This document shows, one piece after another, positions 13,301 to 26,119 of a DNA stretch of 64,000 nucleotides; positions within the stretch are counted from its first letter, which is position 1; every line of letters starts with the position of its first letter. A model generated the notes under the pieces. That model saw nothing but the letters and a program-made list of their open reading frames with translations, was not told the origin of the DNA and searched no databases. This DNA comes from Blasia pusilla (lineage: Eukaryota). Where the stretch lies: assembly GCA_050084515.1 (NCBI GenBank), contig CM114271.1, positions 31,310,001 to 31,374,000 of the forward strand, written 5' to 3'. The translations under genes and the position numbers were made by a program.

Positions 13301-15920
13301 AACTTTCGATACTTTGTTAAGATACAATTATTAACGAAAAAATTGAGTTAATGTTAAAATCATATTCATGCTTCCTTCCTAATACTTTTTTTTTTCGCTA
13401 ATCCTAGCTGAAGGGGAGCGTCATTGGTTACGATTACTTCTCCATCATGTGAAAGGAGCTCAATCATATCAAGATTTGAGAACCATCGATGGTGTAGTTT
13501 ATCCTACCTTCAAAGAGACCGCTATTCAGATGGGACTTTTGGAGGACGAGAGAGAGATCTTTTCTTGCTTTGAAGAGACGGTTGTCATTCGTACTGGCTA
13601 TTCATTATGTCTACTCTTTGCCATTTGTCTTCTATATAATACACCTTCCCTTCTGGCTATGGTGTGGGAACATTTTTTGGTTCCATTGACAGAAGATCTT
13701 CTACATCAAAGGCGTGAGGTAATATGCATGGCTTTTGTTGAGTCAATTTTTTTCTTATTTCTCTTACGAATATTTTAGGTACTTTATTTACATTTTAACT
13801 TCTATATTTGTTGCTTGTAATAGAGAATTGGTATTCCGACCCTTCCATTGGATGTTCATATTATTAATCTTGCGTTATTGGAGGTCCATTACCATCTTCA
13901 AGATCATGGTAAAAGTATGGCGGACTTCCCTGACATGCCTCAACCAAATTTCCAAACTCGTGATTTATCTATTTCGCGTCTAGAAGAAGAAGAGCTCTCC
14001 TACGATCATGATATTCTTTGTGAACGTGTAAGAGCAGGAGAGATGTCTTTAAATGATGGACAACGCGCGATTTGGGAAGTTATTTGTAATGCTTTTCGCG
14101 ATATCTTACATGATGCGCCACCTTCTGTAAGTGGATATTATATATAGTATATTTTATTATTAATTTCTTACACTTTTTATTTATTTAAGTTTTCTTTTAA
14201 AGTGCTTTTCTGTAACGAAAATTATGGATTTTTCAGGCAAAACTTTTCTTTATCGATGGTCTTGGCGAAACAGGAAAAACATTTTTGTACAACCTTCTTC
14301 TTGCAATGGTACGGAGCGAGGGTCATATAGCTCTTGCAGTTGCATCTTCGGGGATTGCCGCTTTATTATTGGATGGAGGTAAATCTTGCTCATTCTCGAT
14401 TCAAGATTCCTATCCAAGTACATGAAAGTTCCACTTGCAAGTAAGTCTAGATTTAAGATTTATTTTCCTTTTATGGCATGCATATTATTGTTTTATTTTT
14501 TGATTATCCTTCATAAATGTTCCTCAGATATTGTTTTGTTATCAATTTTCCAGCCTATCGGTCAATAGTCATATGGCCCGCCTTATACAAAAGGCGAAGT
14601 TGATCGTGTGGGATGAAGCTCCTATGACCCATCGTCACGCATTTGAGGCTGTTAATCGTACTTTCCAAGATATCATGGGTTTGATGGATCCTCGATTACG
14701 AGATTTGCCTTTTGGGGGGAAAATCGTTTTATTTGGTGGTGACTTCCGACAACTTCTTCCAGTTGTTCGTCGTGGAGATCGTGCCACAGTTGTGCGTGCA
14801 ACACTTAGGAGATCTCCTATTTGGTTTGACGTGAGATTATTGAAACTCACTACCAACATGAGAGTCAATACTGTACAAGGTATTAAAGAATAAACCTAAT
14901 ATTTCACCTTTTTCATTTCATGTGGTTTTTGTTTATTTTTAATATTTACTAATTTCTTTATCTTATATTTATTATCAGGATATGCACGAGAAGAGCAAGA
15001 AGCCTTTGCAAAGTGGTTATTAGAGGTAGGAGAGGGTTGTGTACCGTTACATTTGGACCTTGGAGAGGATTTTAAACAAGTTCCGGATGCGATAATTGTT
15101 AAAACCACAAGGATCAATGATTTCATTGACATTGTTTATGGACACGATGTTCATAAGTGGAGTGATATTGATTTCTTGAGGGGTACATCCATTTTGTCAA
15201 CCAAGAATACTACTGTGGATATTATAAACGGAGAAATCATGTCTCGATTTCCAAGAGAGGTAATATTCATATTCTTGAATATCATTATTCTATTTTGAAT
15301 GTTCTACTGCTACATTTTTCTATGATCTCTCTTATTATTAATGATTTATTTTGTTTTTGCAGGAGCATACTTTCTTGAGTGCTGATTCTGTTTCCGACGA
15401 TGAGATGAGACTTGTTTATCCAACAGAATTTTTGAATACATGTTTACCATCTGGATTGCCACCTCATTGTTTGACTTTGAAGATTTGAGCTCCAATAATG
15501 CTATTACGGAATATGAATGGAACCAAGGGACAAGCAAACGGGACTCGACTGGTGATAGCTGGCTTTAGTCGACATCTTATAGATGCAACAATTATCACGG
15601 GAAAAAACATTGGAGCTCGAGTTTTCATTCCACGCATTCCATTGATTGCTTCTGATTCCGGCCTACCTTTTGATTTACGACGATTTCAATTTCCTATCCG
15701 TCCTGCTTTTGCAATGACTATTAATAAGTCTCAACGTCAAACATTAGATAGAGTTGGTATTTACTTGCCCAATCCAATATTTTCTCATGGGCAATTGTAT
15801 GCTGCATTGTCAAGAGTTGGCTCGAGGAATTCTATTCATATTATGACAGATAATGAAAATGCTACTAACAAAATAGGTATTTATACTAGAAATGTTATAT
15901 ATAATGAAGTATTAAATTAA
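10315..15920 (+). pseudogene. Helitron Rep/PIF1-helicase (RepHel), multi-exon, with stops and frameshifts; probably extends upstream through exons from ~7615
   Basis: Zn-finger CLTCNALHW..CCGHG. Rep motifs YFLTMTCNPKW, VEFQKRGLPHVHILI (HUH) and KYFYKYVYKG (Y2). Helicase motifs GxxxTGKT (~14258-14281), VWDEAPM, GGDFRQLLP, QFPIRPAFAMTINKSQ and HGQLYAALSRV. Short AT-rich GT-AG introns separate the ORF pieces. Confidence 0.93.
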
Positions 15921-17519
15921 ATTAAAATAACATTATATATGTGAAATTTTATATTGACCCGCATTTTTTAAATTTTGTAATGCTTCACTAATTTATATTC
16001 ATTTATTAGTATGATTAATTTTACATATATGCTAAATTTTGATGCCGGTGCATCGCACGGGCATTCCTATTAGTAGTTTCAAAAGAAGAAGACGAGGGGA
16101 TAATAATGTCATGCATATTTGGAGATAAATCCTTAAAACTTTCGTGCATCCACTTAAATAAATATCTTAGAGTGAACTTCACTGTAGATGTTAAGAATGC
16201 TGGTGCGATGCACCAGCGTCCAATTGTATAATGATAAACAATATTGCATGAAAAAAACTGGAAAAATGACCTACACTCATCTCTACCTCTCCGAGATCCG
16301 AGTGCGTTGCATTTTAGCCCTCCTGGCTGACGCTCATCTCTACCTCTCCGAGATTGCGTGGGACTTACCCGATTGCCCTACAGGCAGCTCATCTCTACCT
16401 CTCTGAGATCTGACGGCGCACGATTTCGTGGGACATACCCGATCGCCCTTCCTGTAGGGTGTGACCGCGCACGATTGCCTCAGACAGATCCTAGCGTAGC
16501 AAACAACTGCCTCAGACATATCCAAGCACAACGAAAATCACAGGAGCCGGCCCACGAGGTGCGCGCAATTGCGTTGGACAGACCTGAGCTAAGCAAAAAT
16601 CATAGCATGCAACCTATAAGTAACGCGTGACCGCCTCAAACAGGCCTAAACTTGGTGATTTTCGTAGGAACTGCCTCAACGCCTCCACATCCACTCCGCC
16701 AGGAGACGATCATGAAACCTCTTCAACAGCGCCCACCTAACCTAGCCAACCTTCCGCCATCTCCATCTTGTTCACGACTTGTATGTAGTTTGTCTTAGTC
16801 CCTTGCTGTGTGTTTCTCACTCGATGCGCCGCCCCGCGGGGGGCTAAATTTCTCGAGAGAAAGACACGCGATGCCTTTCTCCCAAGAATCATAGCGCGGC
16901 CTACTTTTGAAGCACGAAGTGTCAAAGCTCGTGATGGGTGTCGGCGCTCGTTTAGGCCATTGCGCCGTGGCTACATCAACATGTGCTAGCCGCGTTCACA
17001 GATTCGCCATCGCTGGCCATATCAAGGAGAGGGAAGAGTTAAGCTTGCATTTTCAATTCTTCTGCCTATGGGTCGCTGCTCAATCAAGCACATAGAGCCA
17101 CTTTGGAGCGCACATGTACAATTTGTGAGACGCTCGTTAGAAGTGCAGCATCAGTTTCCAGGTTGGAATTGCATAGAACAAGGCGTTGGAAATCTGAGCA
17201 AGTGGACTCTTGAATACTAAAAATTGAGCCGCGTCAAATCCCCTTCAAGGTGACCCAACCCCAAATTGAATTCATGGACGATTAGCACTTTGGTAGTAGC
17301 AGCTGGAAAATCTTTGCACGAGCTGTGGGTTTCAGATTTGCGAGTTGTTGAGGATCTGCACGAATATTTCCTGCTCGGGGAAAGTGAGTGTTGTGAAATT
17401 CACAACAGAGGCTGAATTTCTGCAATTATGCCTTGATAGAGGATGCAAAAATCCAATCTTTATGGCTGTACTTTGGTTGTGGGCGTTGTCTCATAGTTGA
17501 CGCTCAATTTCCGCGCTTT

Positions 17520-17810
17520 TGCAATTTGTGTAGTCACCAGATTTGCTCCTTACAAAGAACTCACTAGATCCACGCGTTGCTGAAGATTTGCAAGAATATT
17601 CCCTCCTCGGGGAAAGTGAGCGTTGATTCACAACAGACGCTACATTTCTGCAATTTGTGTAGTCACCAGATTTGCTCCTTACAAAGAACTCACTAGATCC
17701 GCGCGTTGCTGAAGATTTGCGAGAATATTCCCTCCTCGAGGAAAGTGAGCGTTGATTCACAACAGACGTTGCATTTCTGCTATCTGTGTAGTCACCAGAT
17801 TTTCTTCTTA
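17520..17810. repeat. 129-bp tandem repeat, ~2.3 copies plus a degenerate upstream copy (~17330-17430)
   Basis: GCAATTTGTGTAGTCACCAGATTT or a close variant recurs at 17521, 17650 and 17779. Confidence 0.9.
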
Positions 17811-19750
17811 TGAAAAACTCACCCAATTCAGAATGATTGAAACCTATCAACGAAAGTTAACTAAAGTATCTTCGAGAGAGATTATGTGCCAATGCATTTG
17901 CCCCTACACACAGCGCAACCTAGGATCGGCTTCTGCCTCGTATTTTTTAGAGAACACAAAAGCTATGGGAAAGGGAGATTTACTTACCGCGATGGGGAAC
18001 GAATCGAGATGAGGAGACTACAATAACATTAGCAGATTTGAAGCTCCCAGTTGCAGATTTGCTGCTAAGATTCAAGATTCGACACGGCAATGACTACACA
18101 TTCAAAATTCATCGTGGCTGCAGTTAAGTGACGCACTCGACTTTCGGACCTTCCTCCCCCTACTCAATCTTCCTGCTTCACTAGTCAATCTTCCTCCCAC
18201 ACAAATAGTGGCCCACCTTCTCCAAAGTAGAAAAGAGAAGGAGAGCTCACATTCAAAAGCCTCAAGTTTGTTTAGTGCATGCAGGTGTCTCAAAGTAAGA
18301 GGTCTACATACGTCTTACTGCACGTGTCTCAAGGTAAAAGGTGCTCAGTGCGCATAAAGATGCTCAAGATGCAATGTCACTCTAGACAAGTCAGATCAAT
18401 TTATTAAAGGCAACCCCAAGTAGCAGATTTGATTCTACCGAAATATATTCCCTTACAATACTTTTTAAACCAAAGGCTTCACTTCTTATAGTGAGAAATT
18501 TTTCTTGTAATTCCCCTTTTAGTAACCCCCCATATTCAGTTAATAGTGTAGATTCAATTAGAATGCCATGGGGCCATCACTTGTGTCCGGACATGATCCA
18601 CAATCTTATATTTTTAAAAGAACATGGATTTGCAAAGTATTGATTTGTTGATACAATTCTTTCTCTCAAAAGAGAGTTCTTTTGGGAATATTTAGAAGAA
18701 AGCCTTAATCAAACTAAAGGTGATAAAAATTCCAAATTAGATTAATTGTGGTTAGTTTATTCAACTATTTTTTGTGAATACCAAATGTATCTTCTCGTGT
18801 GCCTATAGGCTAGACCGGAAGTTTGGTGTAAGCTAGGCAATGCAAGAGAACATCCTCATAGGCAACTCACTTGCTTGATAGGATGAAGTCAATCCGTGAT
18901 GCAAGTGAACTACCTCCATTTCAAGCCCTACAAATTGAACTGGACATCTCACATTAGCTTCCTCCCTTGTAAGTGGAACTTGTGGTAGGCCCATCCTTAT
19001 TCATTTTGCAAGATTTTTGAATCCCACTCTTGTCCCCGACTAATGAGAGCTTGGATCTAACGTGGAGTGATCCCATGCTCCTGGAAGAGTGGCATAAAGC
19101 CTAAGTTATCTAAATACTTGATCTGACTCTCTATTGGCTATGTGAACCTTGGACGGACTTCCTCTTGTTGTGTATTAATGTCCTTCAATATCATAATTGC
19201 AAAATCCAAGTATGTTTCCGGAACCTGAGAATCAAAAGTTAGATCATAACAAAGTAGAAACATGTACTGTACGTCACATCTGAGTAGCTGATAGGCCGAG
19301 ATCTATCGTGGATAGGGCATAAGAGCCACCGGACTATCTTGAGTTTTACTTTGTCCCACGGTGTCGGATGAGGTTGAGGATAGGTCCATTGTGTTAGGAA
19401 TGTTGTTTTTGACAACTTCCATGTTGAGGTCTTTCACAGTCAGGTGACTTGTTGACCAGGTCACCCGCCCCTGGTAAACTGTGCGCGCAGGTTACCAAGG
19501 GGATGGCTATTTTAGGGGAAGAGCCTTTTGGCTCTTCCCAATCCTATATAAGAGAGGAAGATGGCTTTCCTAAGCCATCTTTCTCATGTTGGGTCGTTGG
19601 AGCACCTCTCTTGTATGTGTGTGAGATAGGACTAGGGTGCTAGCGTCCGGATTCCTTGATAGCACAGGGGGGACGAGGCTTGATATGTCAATGTAGATTG
19701 GGGAGTGGAGTTTTAGGCCAGGTGTGCCACTTTTACTTCTCTTTATTTTT

Positions 19751-19764
19751 ACATGAGAAAGATG
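19751..19764 (+). promoter_or_regulatory. Self-priming primer-binding site, copy 1
   Basis: ACATGAGAAAGATG is the exact reverse complement of 19576-19589, which starts ~30 nt after TATATAAG (19545). Confidence 0.7.
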
Positions 19765-20899
19765 TCAGGGGGCTAGTGGGAATTCGTTGTTTGCAGGTAG
19801 GCAAGCGAGTTGCCTTGGTCAAGAGTCCCTAGAGACGCGTGTGTTGCGGGTGTTGGTCATTTTCCTGTTCGGAAGGCCATGGGCGGAAGCACTGTCCATT
19901 TTTCTCAAATTTTTGCTGGTGCGGATTGACAAGGGACAGCAGTTGAATGTAGCAGGAAGTGTGGCGTCGGGTGTACGCGAGTGAGGGGTCGGGAAAGAGC
20001 AAAAGGCGGCCGGGACGTAGAGGCGGCCGGAAATTAGGTCACGAACGGGCGGACGATGGGCGCGGACGGGCGGCGACAAGCACGGACGGCCCGCTTTCCC
20101 CCTTCCCCCCCTTTCCCCCCTGCCTGAGGTGGGAGGCGCGCATAGGGCTTCGTGCACCCCCCCCTCCTCCATTTAGGTGACGTGGTAACGGTAGGACCGG
20201 ACGTGGTGGAAGCTTAAGGTGGTGACAAGGCTACCAAGTGGGGGTGGATGTGGTGGAGCGGACTACGTGGAAGGAGTGGAGCCAGACCAGGTTGAGTCAA
20301 GTTACAGACCGCATGTGGGAATAGGCGGAGAGGTTTGTGCGATATGATATTTTTGGGCGTGACGGGGATTTGCGAGAGTTGACGATGGAGTGTCAATGCA
20401 CATGATGCTAATGGGTTGTCTGCATCTGTTGACGGGAGGATCGAATTGATGCGCGAGGAGATGTTTGTGCTTCGGAGGTTATCGTGGCATATGGAAGAGT
20501 GCGTGTTGACGGTGCCGTAGGTTGGAGGGCGTGATCAAGTTACCCATTCGAGTCCCTTTTCCTGCACTTTTCGTGTCTGATTGAGAGTGTTGGGTATCGG
20601 ATAGAAGTTGGTGCTAGGTGGGTGCAATGATGGTGAGGAGTGTAGATTCTTTTCATGTATAGCATGTTGATGGATATACGGCGGTTTCCGCGTAGGGGTC
20701 GCATATATGACCCGAGAGTGTCGCTAGGTTAGATGAGTTAGTTGGGAGGCTCATGGTGAGCCCGAGTGTTGAGTTTACGTGAGGCCCGGTGTGTCATCAT
20801 GGGATTGACATTAGTATAGGTGAGCTAGTGAGGAGTGTGGGAGACTCTCGGTGAGTCTGACTGCTTGAGCGGATGAGACAGGGTTGTCATCACGACGTT

Positions 20900-23800
20900 C
20901 TTCTAGGATTTGGAAGAACGGGGTAGTGTGAGCACTAGTAGTGGAGTTACACGGAGTGGAGTGAGATACCAAGGAGTTACGAATGAGGAGCTACCTCGAC
21001 ATCCATCTGTGGCTGGATCGTCATCACTAGACACTAGGTCTGGTGACGAGATTGCAGAGGGAGGCAGTATCACTTGGCAGGAGATGGACGACATGGGCCA
21101 TCGAGGCATGCGTTGTTTCTTGGGTGCAGTGGGCCCCATCGACTTAGATGATTTTATCCAGGAGTTCGACACGTGGTACGACTTCCAAGAGATACGGACC
21201 CCGACACGGTTCAATCCTTTCATGGCATGGAAGGGGTTGTTCCAGCACTTGGAGGATCCTCCGATGGATGACTACATGGAGTTTTGATCACTATATTTGG
21301 TACAGATCGATGCTTGGAGGATGTATTGGGCTCCTGGGTATGTATCCACTAGTGGTCGTGAGGCATATGATGGGATCGTGAGAGGAGAGAGACCCACACC
21401 ATCAGCCCGGAGACTAGATGGAGAGGAGGGCAGTGAGACAGGCGATGTGGCAGTGACCTTTGGTGGTAGAGGGCCACCCAGCTTCAGCCCCACATTGGAG
21501 TTCTTCCGACAGTTGGGGAAGAGCTACGAGGGCGTACGCACCCACAAGCTGAAGAGTCTACATGATTTTCAGCGACGATCGGGTGACAGTCTGAGAGAGG
21601 CATTCACGCGCATGAGGAGGCTGATCATTGCTACGTATGGAGTGACTGAGGTGCAATTAGTTCAGTATTGGTAGGGGGTTCTGGATCGAGAACTATGGAG
21701 GAGAGTCCAAGATGCGCTGCTGATTCACACAGCAAAACCCACATTAAAGGTGGTCTTTGAGTTGTCTGAGCGTGTTGAGCTCAACATGAATGAGGAGCAG
21801 GTAGTGACCGCTGGATTTTCTCAAGAGTCGACGGGTCCATGAGCGACGGTGACCCCATAGGTGCCATAGCCAGCACGAGTACCACGGGAGCGGGCCCGTG
21901 TGCCCAGAGAGCAGGGCGGGTACGTGAGCCTATGAGGCAACGACCCGTTGTCGTGTCGAGAGCCTTTCTTCGAGTAAGGGCAGGCCTTCTAGCTACGGCA
22001 GACGCGGTTGATGCAAGATGAACTCTCTGAGAAGATCTCCTTTTTCAATATAAAATTATTATGTACACTCTCCATTCTCTCACGACAGGTATCACAAATG
22101 GAAGTGCCGAGGCGATCACTTCTTCGTAACATCGGACCCCGAAATTCCTAACTATAAAATCCCTATAAACTATTTTACGCTTGTATAGGAGGAAGATAGC
22201 ACAACTAGTGTTAAACCCTATTTGAGCAGGCCTATTGACGTCCATGGATTGCTATATAAGGACATACAAAGTACAATCCCATGTCCTTCCATATGTGACA
22301 ATAGGAAGGATCACCGGAGTTGGAGATTGAATGACGTGGTCCATGAACGCCTACCCAAAGTGATAAACTAAATAGCGAGTGAACGAGTGCCTATCTACAA
22401 AGAGTATCTTGACATGGTATGGATTAAGGAAAGGAAAGTCAGGCACAACTTGTGCTCCACCCCTATCCATGTTTGACAAACATTCTCTACTCTCCTCAAG
22501 AATGGGTTTTGGCGGAGTTATTTTCCCAAGAGGGGTAATCCACTCTCATTGGGGAAGTAACGAGCCAAAACATTCACTATATTAGTATGACTAAGCTCCT
22601 CTAAGGTGACAAACCTCTCATCTCCACACACACACCACACTCTAGAAACTTCTCGAAGAATAGACCATGGTCAAGTTACTCTCCCAAGAGGGGTGATCCA
22701 CTCTTATTGGAAGAGCAAGCAATCCTAAAATCATACACTCAAGAGTGACATGAAAGACTCAAGATGTGGAATAGAAGGTGATGAACCCTTGAAGGTCCCT
22801 CCTCTTTATATACTCACAAGAGACCCACAAAAGTACGAAATAGAGCTAATCTTATCTTGTGCCACATGGCTTCCTCTCAAGGCTTAGCCAATCATATTTT
22901 GACACAAGTAGATTTCCTCTTATCTCTTCCAAAATATCCTCTTTACCCACTTGAAATTTTCCAAATTACCCCAACTAACCTAGCCACCAACCAAGCCTAC
23001 TTTTGCTTTTCATTAAAGCACCAACCTCACTACTTTACTTTTATAAAGTCATCTTTTATTTATTACCTCTTTTCTAAAGTTTGGCCCGCATAAAAGAGGC
23101 ACCATAAAGAGGTTTAAACATGGGGATTTCCTTTCCCTAAGCTAATTTACTTAACACAAATAAAACTCTATCTAACACTTAACAAGGAAGGAGTTTACAC
23201 ACTGGCTGATTTTACTATACGACACCGTACCTACATATGTTGCCTAGCAGGGACCGATGTTATCTTGTTGGATGTGTGGAGGGGCCCATAGGCAGAGAGA
23301 CTGCCCAGAGCATGGAAGAGGACCACGAGCGCCTCTGATTGGTTACGAGCCATAGAGGATGGCCCCACCACAGCACCCGTGTGACTATTGCCACAGATAT
23401 GGTCACACTAGGGATAGATGCTTTGACCTTCTCCGAGAGGCACGTCTAGAGGTAGGCTGAGGGCCAGGGGACGGTCGTCTTGGAGGAGGTTGGGGAGTTC
23501 TTCCTGGACGTGGTGGTAGAGGACCACCACCAGCCACAGGAGATGGAGCAGGAGCACTAGAGCCGACACTTCTCTCACGCATCGATCAGTTGGAGTGGAG
23601 GATTGCTGCCATGACAATGATGCAGCTCAAGGAAGGCACAGAGACATGAGCAGGTGTGGCTCCAGCTAAACCCTAAACCCTCTACCTCTTACAGTGACCC
23701 GAGTGAGGATCTCGCGAGTATGGGGTTTATGTGTAGTGCAGCTCAGGTTGAGGCGGCTGCAGTGGTAACTCGGGGTGCTGTGAGAGGCACCGAGCCATCG

Positions 23801-24730
23801 AGAGGTGGAGTTGAGATTGATCCACCGGAGGGGATCGATGGACGCCAGGCCAGGGTTCCACAGTCATTCACATTATCAGAGGCACTACACGCACCATCGA
23901 TGATGCCTTGACGACTAGCGGTGCCTACAGCTCAAGCATCTATGTTGACGTCACAAGGAGTTGGAGTGACAACTCCTATGCCGGCTCAAGTGGAGTCAAT
24001 GTCGACCATACTGTTGGAGGTGGCCACAAGAGTTAGTCAGACTCCACTATTTTCCGCCATAGAGTTGGCGACGTTGGGAGTTGGACCAGCTGAGATGTTT
24101 CGGCTGGCCGCCACGTTGTGTGAGCGTGGAGGGGTGACTGCTTCTTGTTCAGAGGTAGTTGACGAGGTGGTGGACTTGCCCTCAGAGCCGGTACTTGGGA
24201 CGTTCCCCACAGAGTCATGGCATGCGACGGAGGCAAAGTTGGTAGATATGCTAGATCGACCGGCCATAGAGCGAGCAGTGGTGACACCCGGAGTAGTGTT
24301 ACTGGATAACCGAGCTGGAGTATTTCACCTGGAGTTAGTCCCACGGGGACAGTATACCACCCGCAACGCATCCTACTTGATTCGGGAGCGCAACCCTTGA
24401 TGTTAGGGAAGGCGGCGTGTTTAGCGTTGAGGTTACGGAAGGCCGACATTGAGCCTTGTCCCTTCCAGATACAGATCTTGATTGGGGGCGTGTCACCCAC
24501 GTAGTATATGACTCGACAGGAGATAGTTATCAGAGTCCAGCCAGAGCATGCGATGGATAGTGCTATGGTGCGCACACGTGCGATTACGACACCTGCTGAG
24601 TCGTACGATGTGTTGGTGGGGAGTACAATGTTATATCCCCTAGGATTCATCCTTGACTTATGGGAGGAGATCGTTGCTTATCGGCCAGGGTGGCGGTCAG
24701 GTGATGGGCGGATGAGTCAGTTACCCGTGT
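20900..24730 (+). pseudogene. Gag (two CCHC knuckles) and aspartic protease of copy 1, interrupted by a 1276-bp insert
   Basis: DDFIQEFDTW, CWMCGGAHRQRDC and CDYCHRYGHTRDRC. Protease LLDSGA is frameshifted at ~24373, followed by YDVLVG. Confidence 0.85.
21949..23224. mobile_element. 1276-bp non-coding LTR-type insertion (solo LTR or non-autonomous) inside gag
   Basis: Termini TGTCGT...ACGACA with 4-bp TSD CCGT (21945-21948 and 23225-23228). Gag sequence resumes after it. Confidence 0.85.
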
Positions 24731-25095
24731 AGTTTGCAGGACTAGGTGGTCGATCACGAGGCAAGTCTGTGACCATATTGGTAGCTTTCACAGGTAGTGT
24801 TAGTTGGCCAGGAAAGTTGTTGGAGGGGAACGCACATGTGGAGGATGTCCCAGTAGCGGATAGTCCCACGGAGAGACAGGCCATGGCGGGTGTCTCTTCC
24901 CATGTTGGCGAGACCTCTTCACCATTGTGGGGTACGACTCGAGAGCTACAAAGGAGTGCCGACGACCTCGTGAGGTAGGCGTGGAGTCATGCCTTTATCT
25001 CGGAGCAGAGAGATTCAAGTGGCGATCGGGCTCCTGGAGTGGAGACGTTGACCCCACTGGATACCACACCCATTGTGTGGCAGTGTCTAGAGGAG

Positions 25096-26070
25096 GGTGT
25101 TAAGATGTTAGATCTCTTTGGAGGGATTAGCACCGGATTGGCTGCAGTATTGCAGGCGGGCATACGGGTGCATTAGTACCTTTATGTGGAGAGAGATGAC
25201 ACTGCGTGACGAGTATCATTACGTCACGTAGCGAGATTGGTCCAGAGGTATCCTGAGTTGTTGCCGGTATCTACAGTACGGGGATATCAACAAACACTAT
25301 CCACCGACATCTCTTTGGTGGGGGCGCAGGATCTCGATAGAGTTGGCACCATTCATTTGGTGATTGCTGGATGGCCATATCAGGGTCATTCATCAGCTGG
25401 CCGAGGATTTGGATTGCATGATCCGAGGTCAGGGATGTTTTGGGAGGTGCTGTGAGTAGTACAATACTTGCAGGAGAGTCAGACAAGTTCTCCAGCATAC
25501 ATTTTGGAGAACGTGCCATTGTTGGGAGACACTCGTGCACATGTGATGACAAGTGTGCATCAAGTGAGGTCCTGGTTGGGACCTGATGTGTTGTTAGATG
25601 CAGCGAGAGTTGGGTCACGTGCCCATCGTCCACAACTATGGTGGACGAATCTGATACCATCAGAGGTACTAAGTCGAGCATACGATGGAGTCTAGAGAGC
25701 ACCACATCTCACAGTGGATGTTATTTTGGGCTCAAGGTGTCAATCTCAAGTGGTGACACGGGATGATAGACCACCGTTGGCCATGGCCAGTAGGGTGGGG
25801 GAGTTGAGGGCAGCCTTACCTACGTTGGTGAGCTTCCCAGCATCCCATGCCTTTCGTCAGGGAGGGCTAGGCATGATTTGGGATGAGGTGACCGGAGCAT
25901 TGGAGGAGCCTACAACAGATGAGCATGAGCGCGAGCGCGCCATGGGGTTCGCTACCGGTACTACGGCGGTGCTTGGGATGACTTACGCATCCCGGACAGG
26001 TGTTGGGGCAGGCAATGGATCTCAATTGTCTCACATGGATAGTCAGCCTAGGTATGGCTGAGCAGAGATG
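25096..26070 (+). pseudogene. C5 cytosine DNA methyltransferase domain within pol, copy 1
   Basis: Motif I LDLFGGIST, II YVE, IV LVIAGWP(Y)QG (catalytic Cys mutated), VI YILENV, VIII AHRPQLWWTN, IX ERAMGF, X LGQAMD. Mostly in the same frame as the protease ORF. Confidence 0.9.
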
Positions 26071-26119
26071 GATGCAAGTGTCATCTGTCTTGATATTAAT
26101 AACTAACAAAAAGAGAGAC

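Larger units (their letters stand above)
3734..16073 (+). mobile_element. Full-length autonomous-type Helitron (decayed)
   Basis: 5' end A|TCTATACTATAAT at 3733/3734. 3' hairpin ATGCCGGTGC-ATC-GCACGGGCAT at 16042-16064, then TTAG|T at 16070-16074 (decayed CTAG). Inserted between A and T and encloses a Rep/Helicase. The 3' end is firmer than the 5' end. Confidence 0.8.

Noticed and set aside
17520-17810. CRISPR-like array
   Set aside because: The units are contiguous 129-bp copies with no unique spacers, no cas genes and a eukaryotic context.
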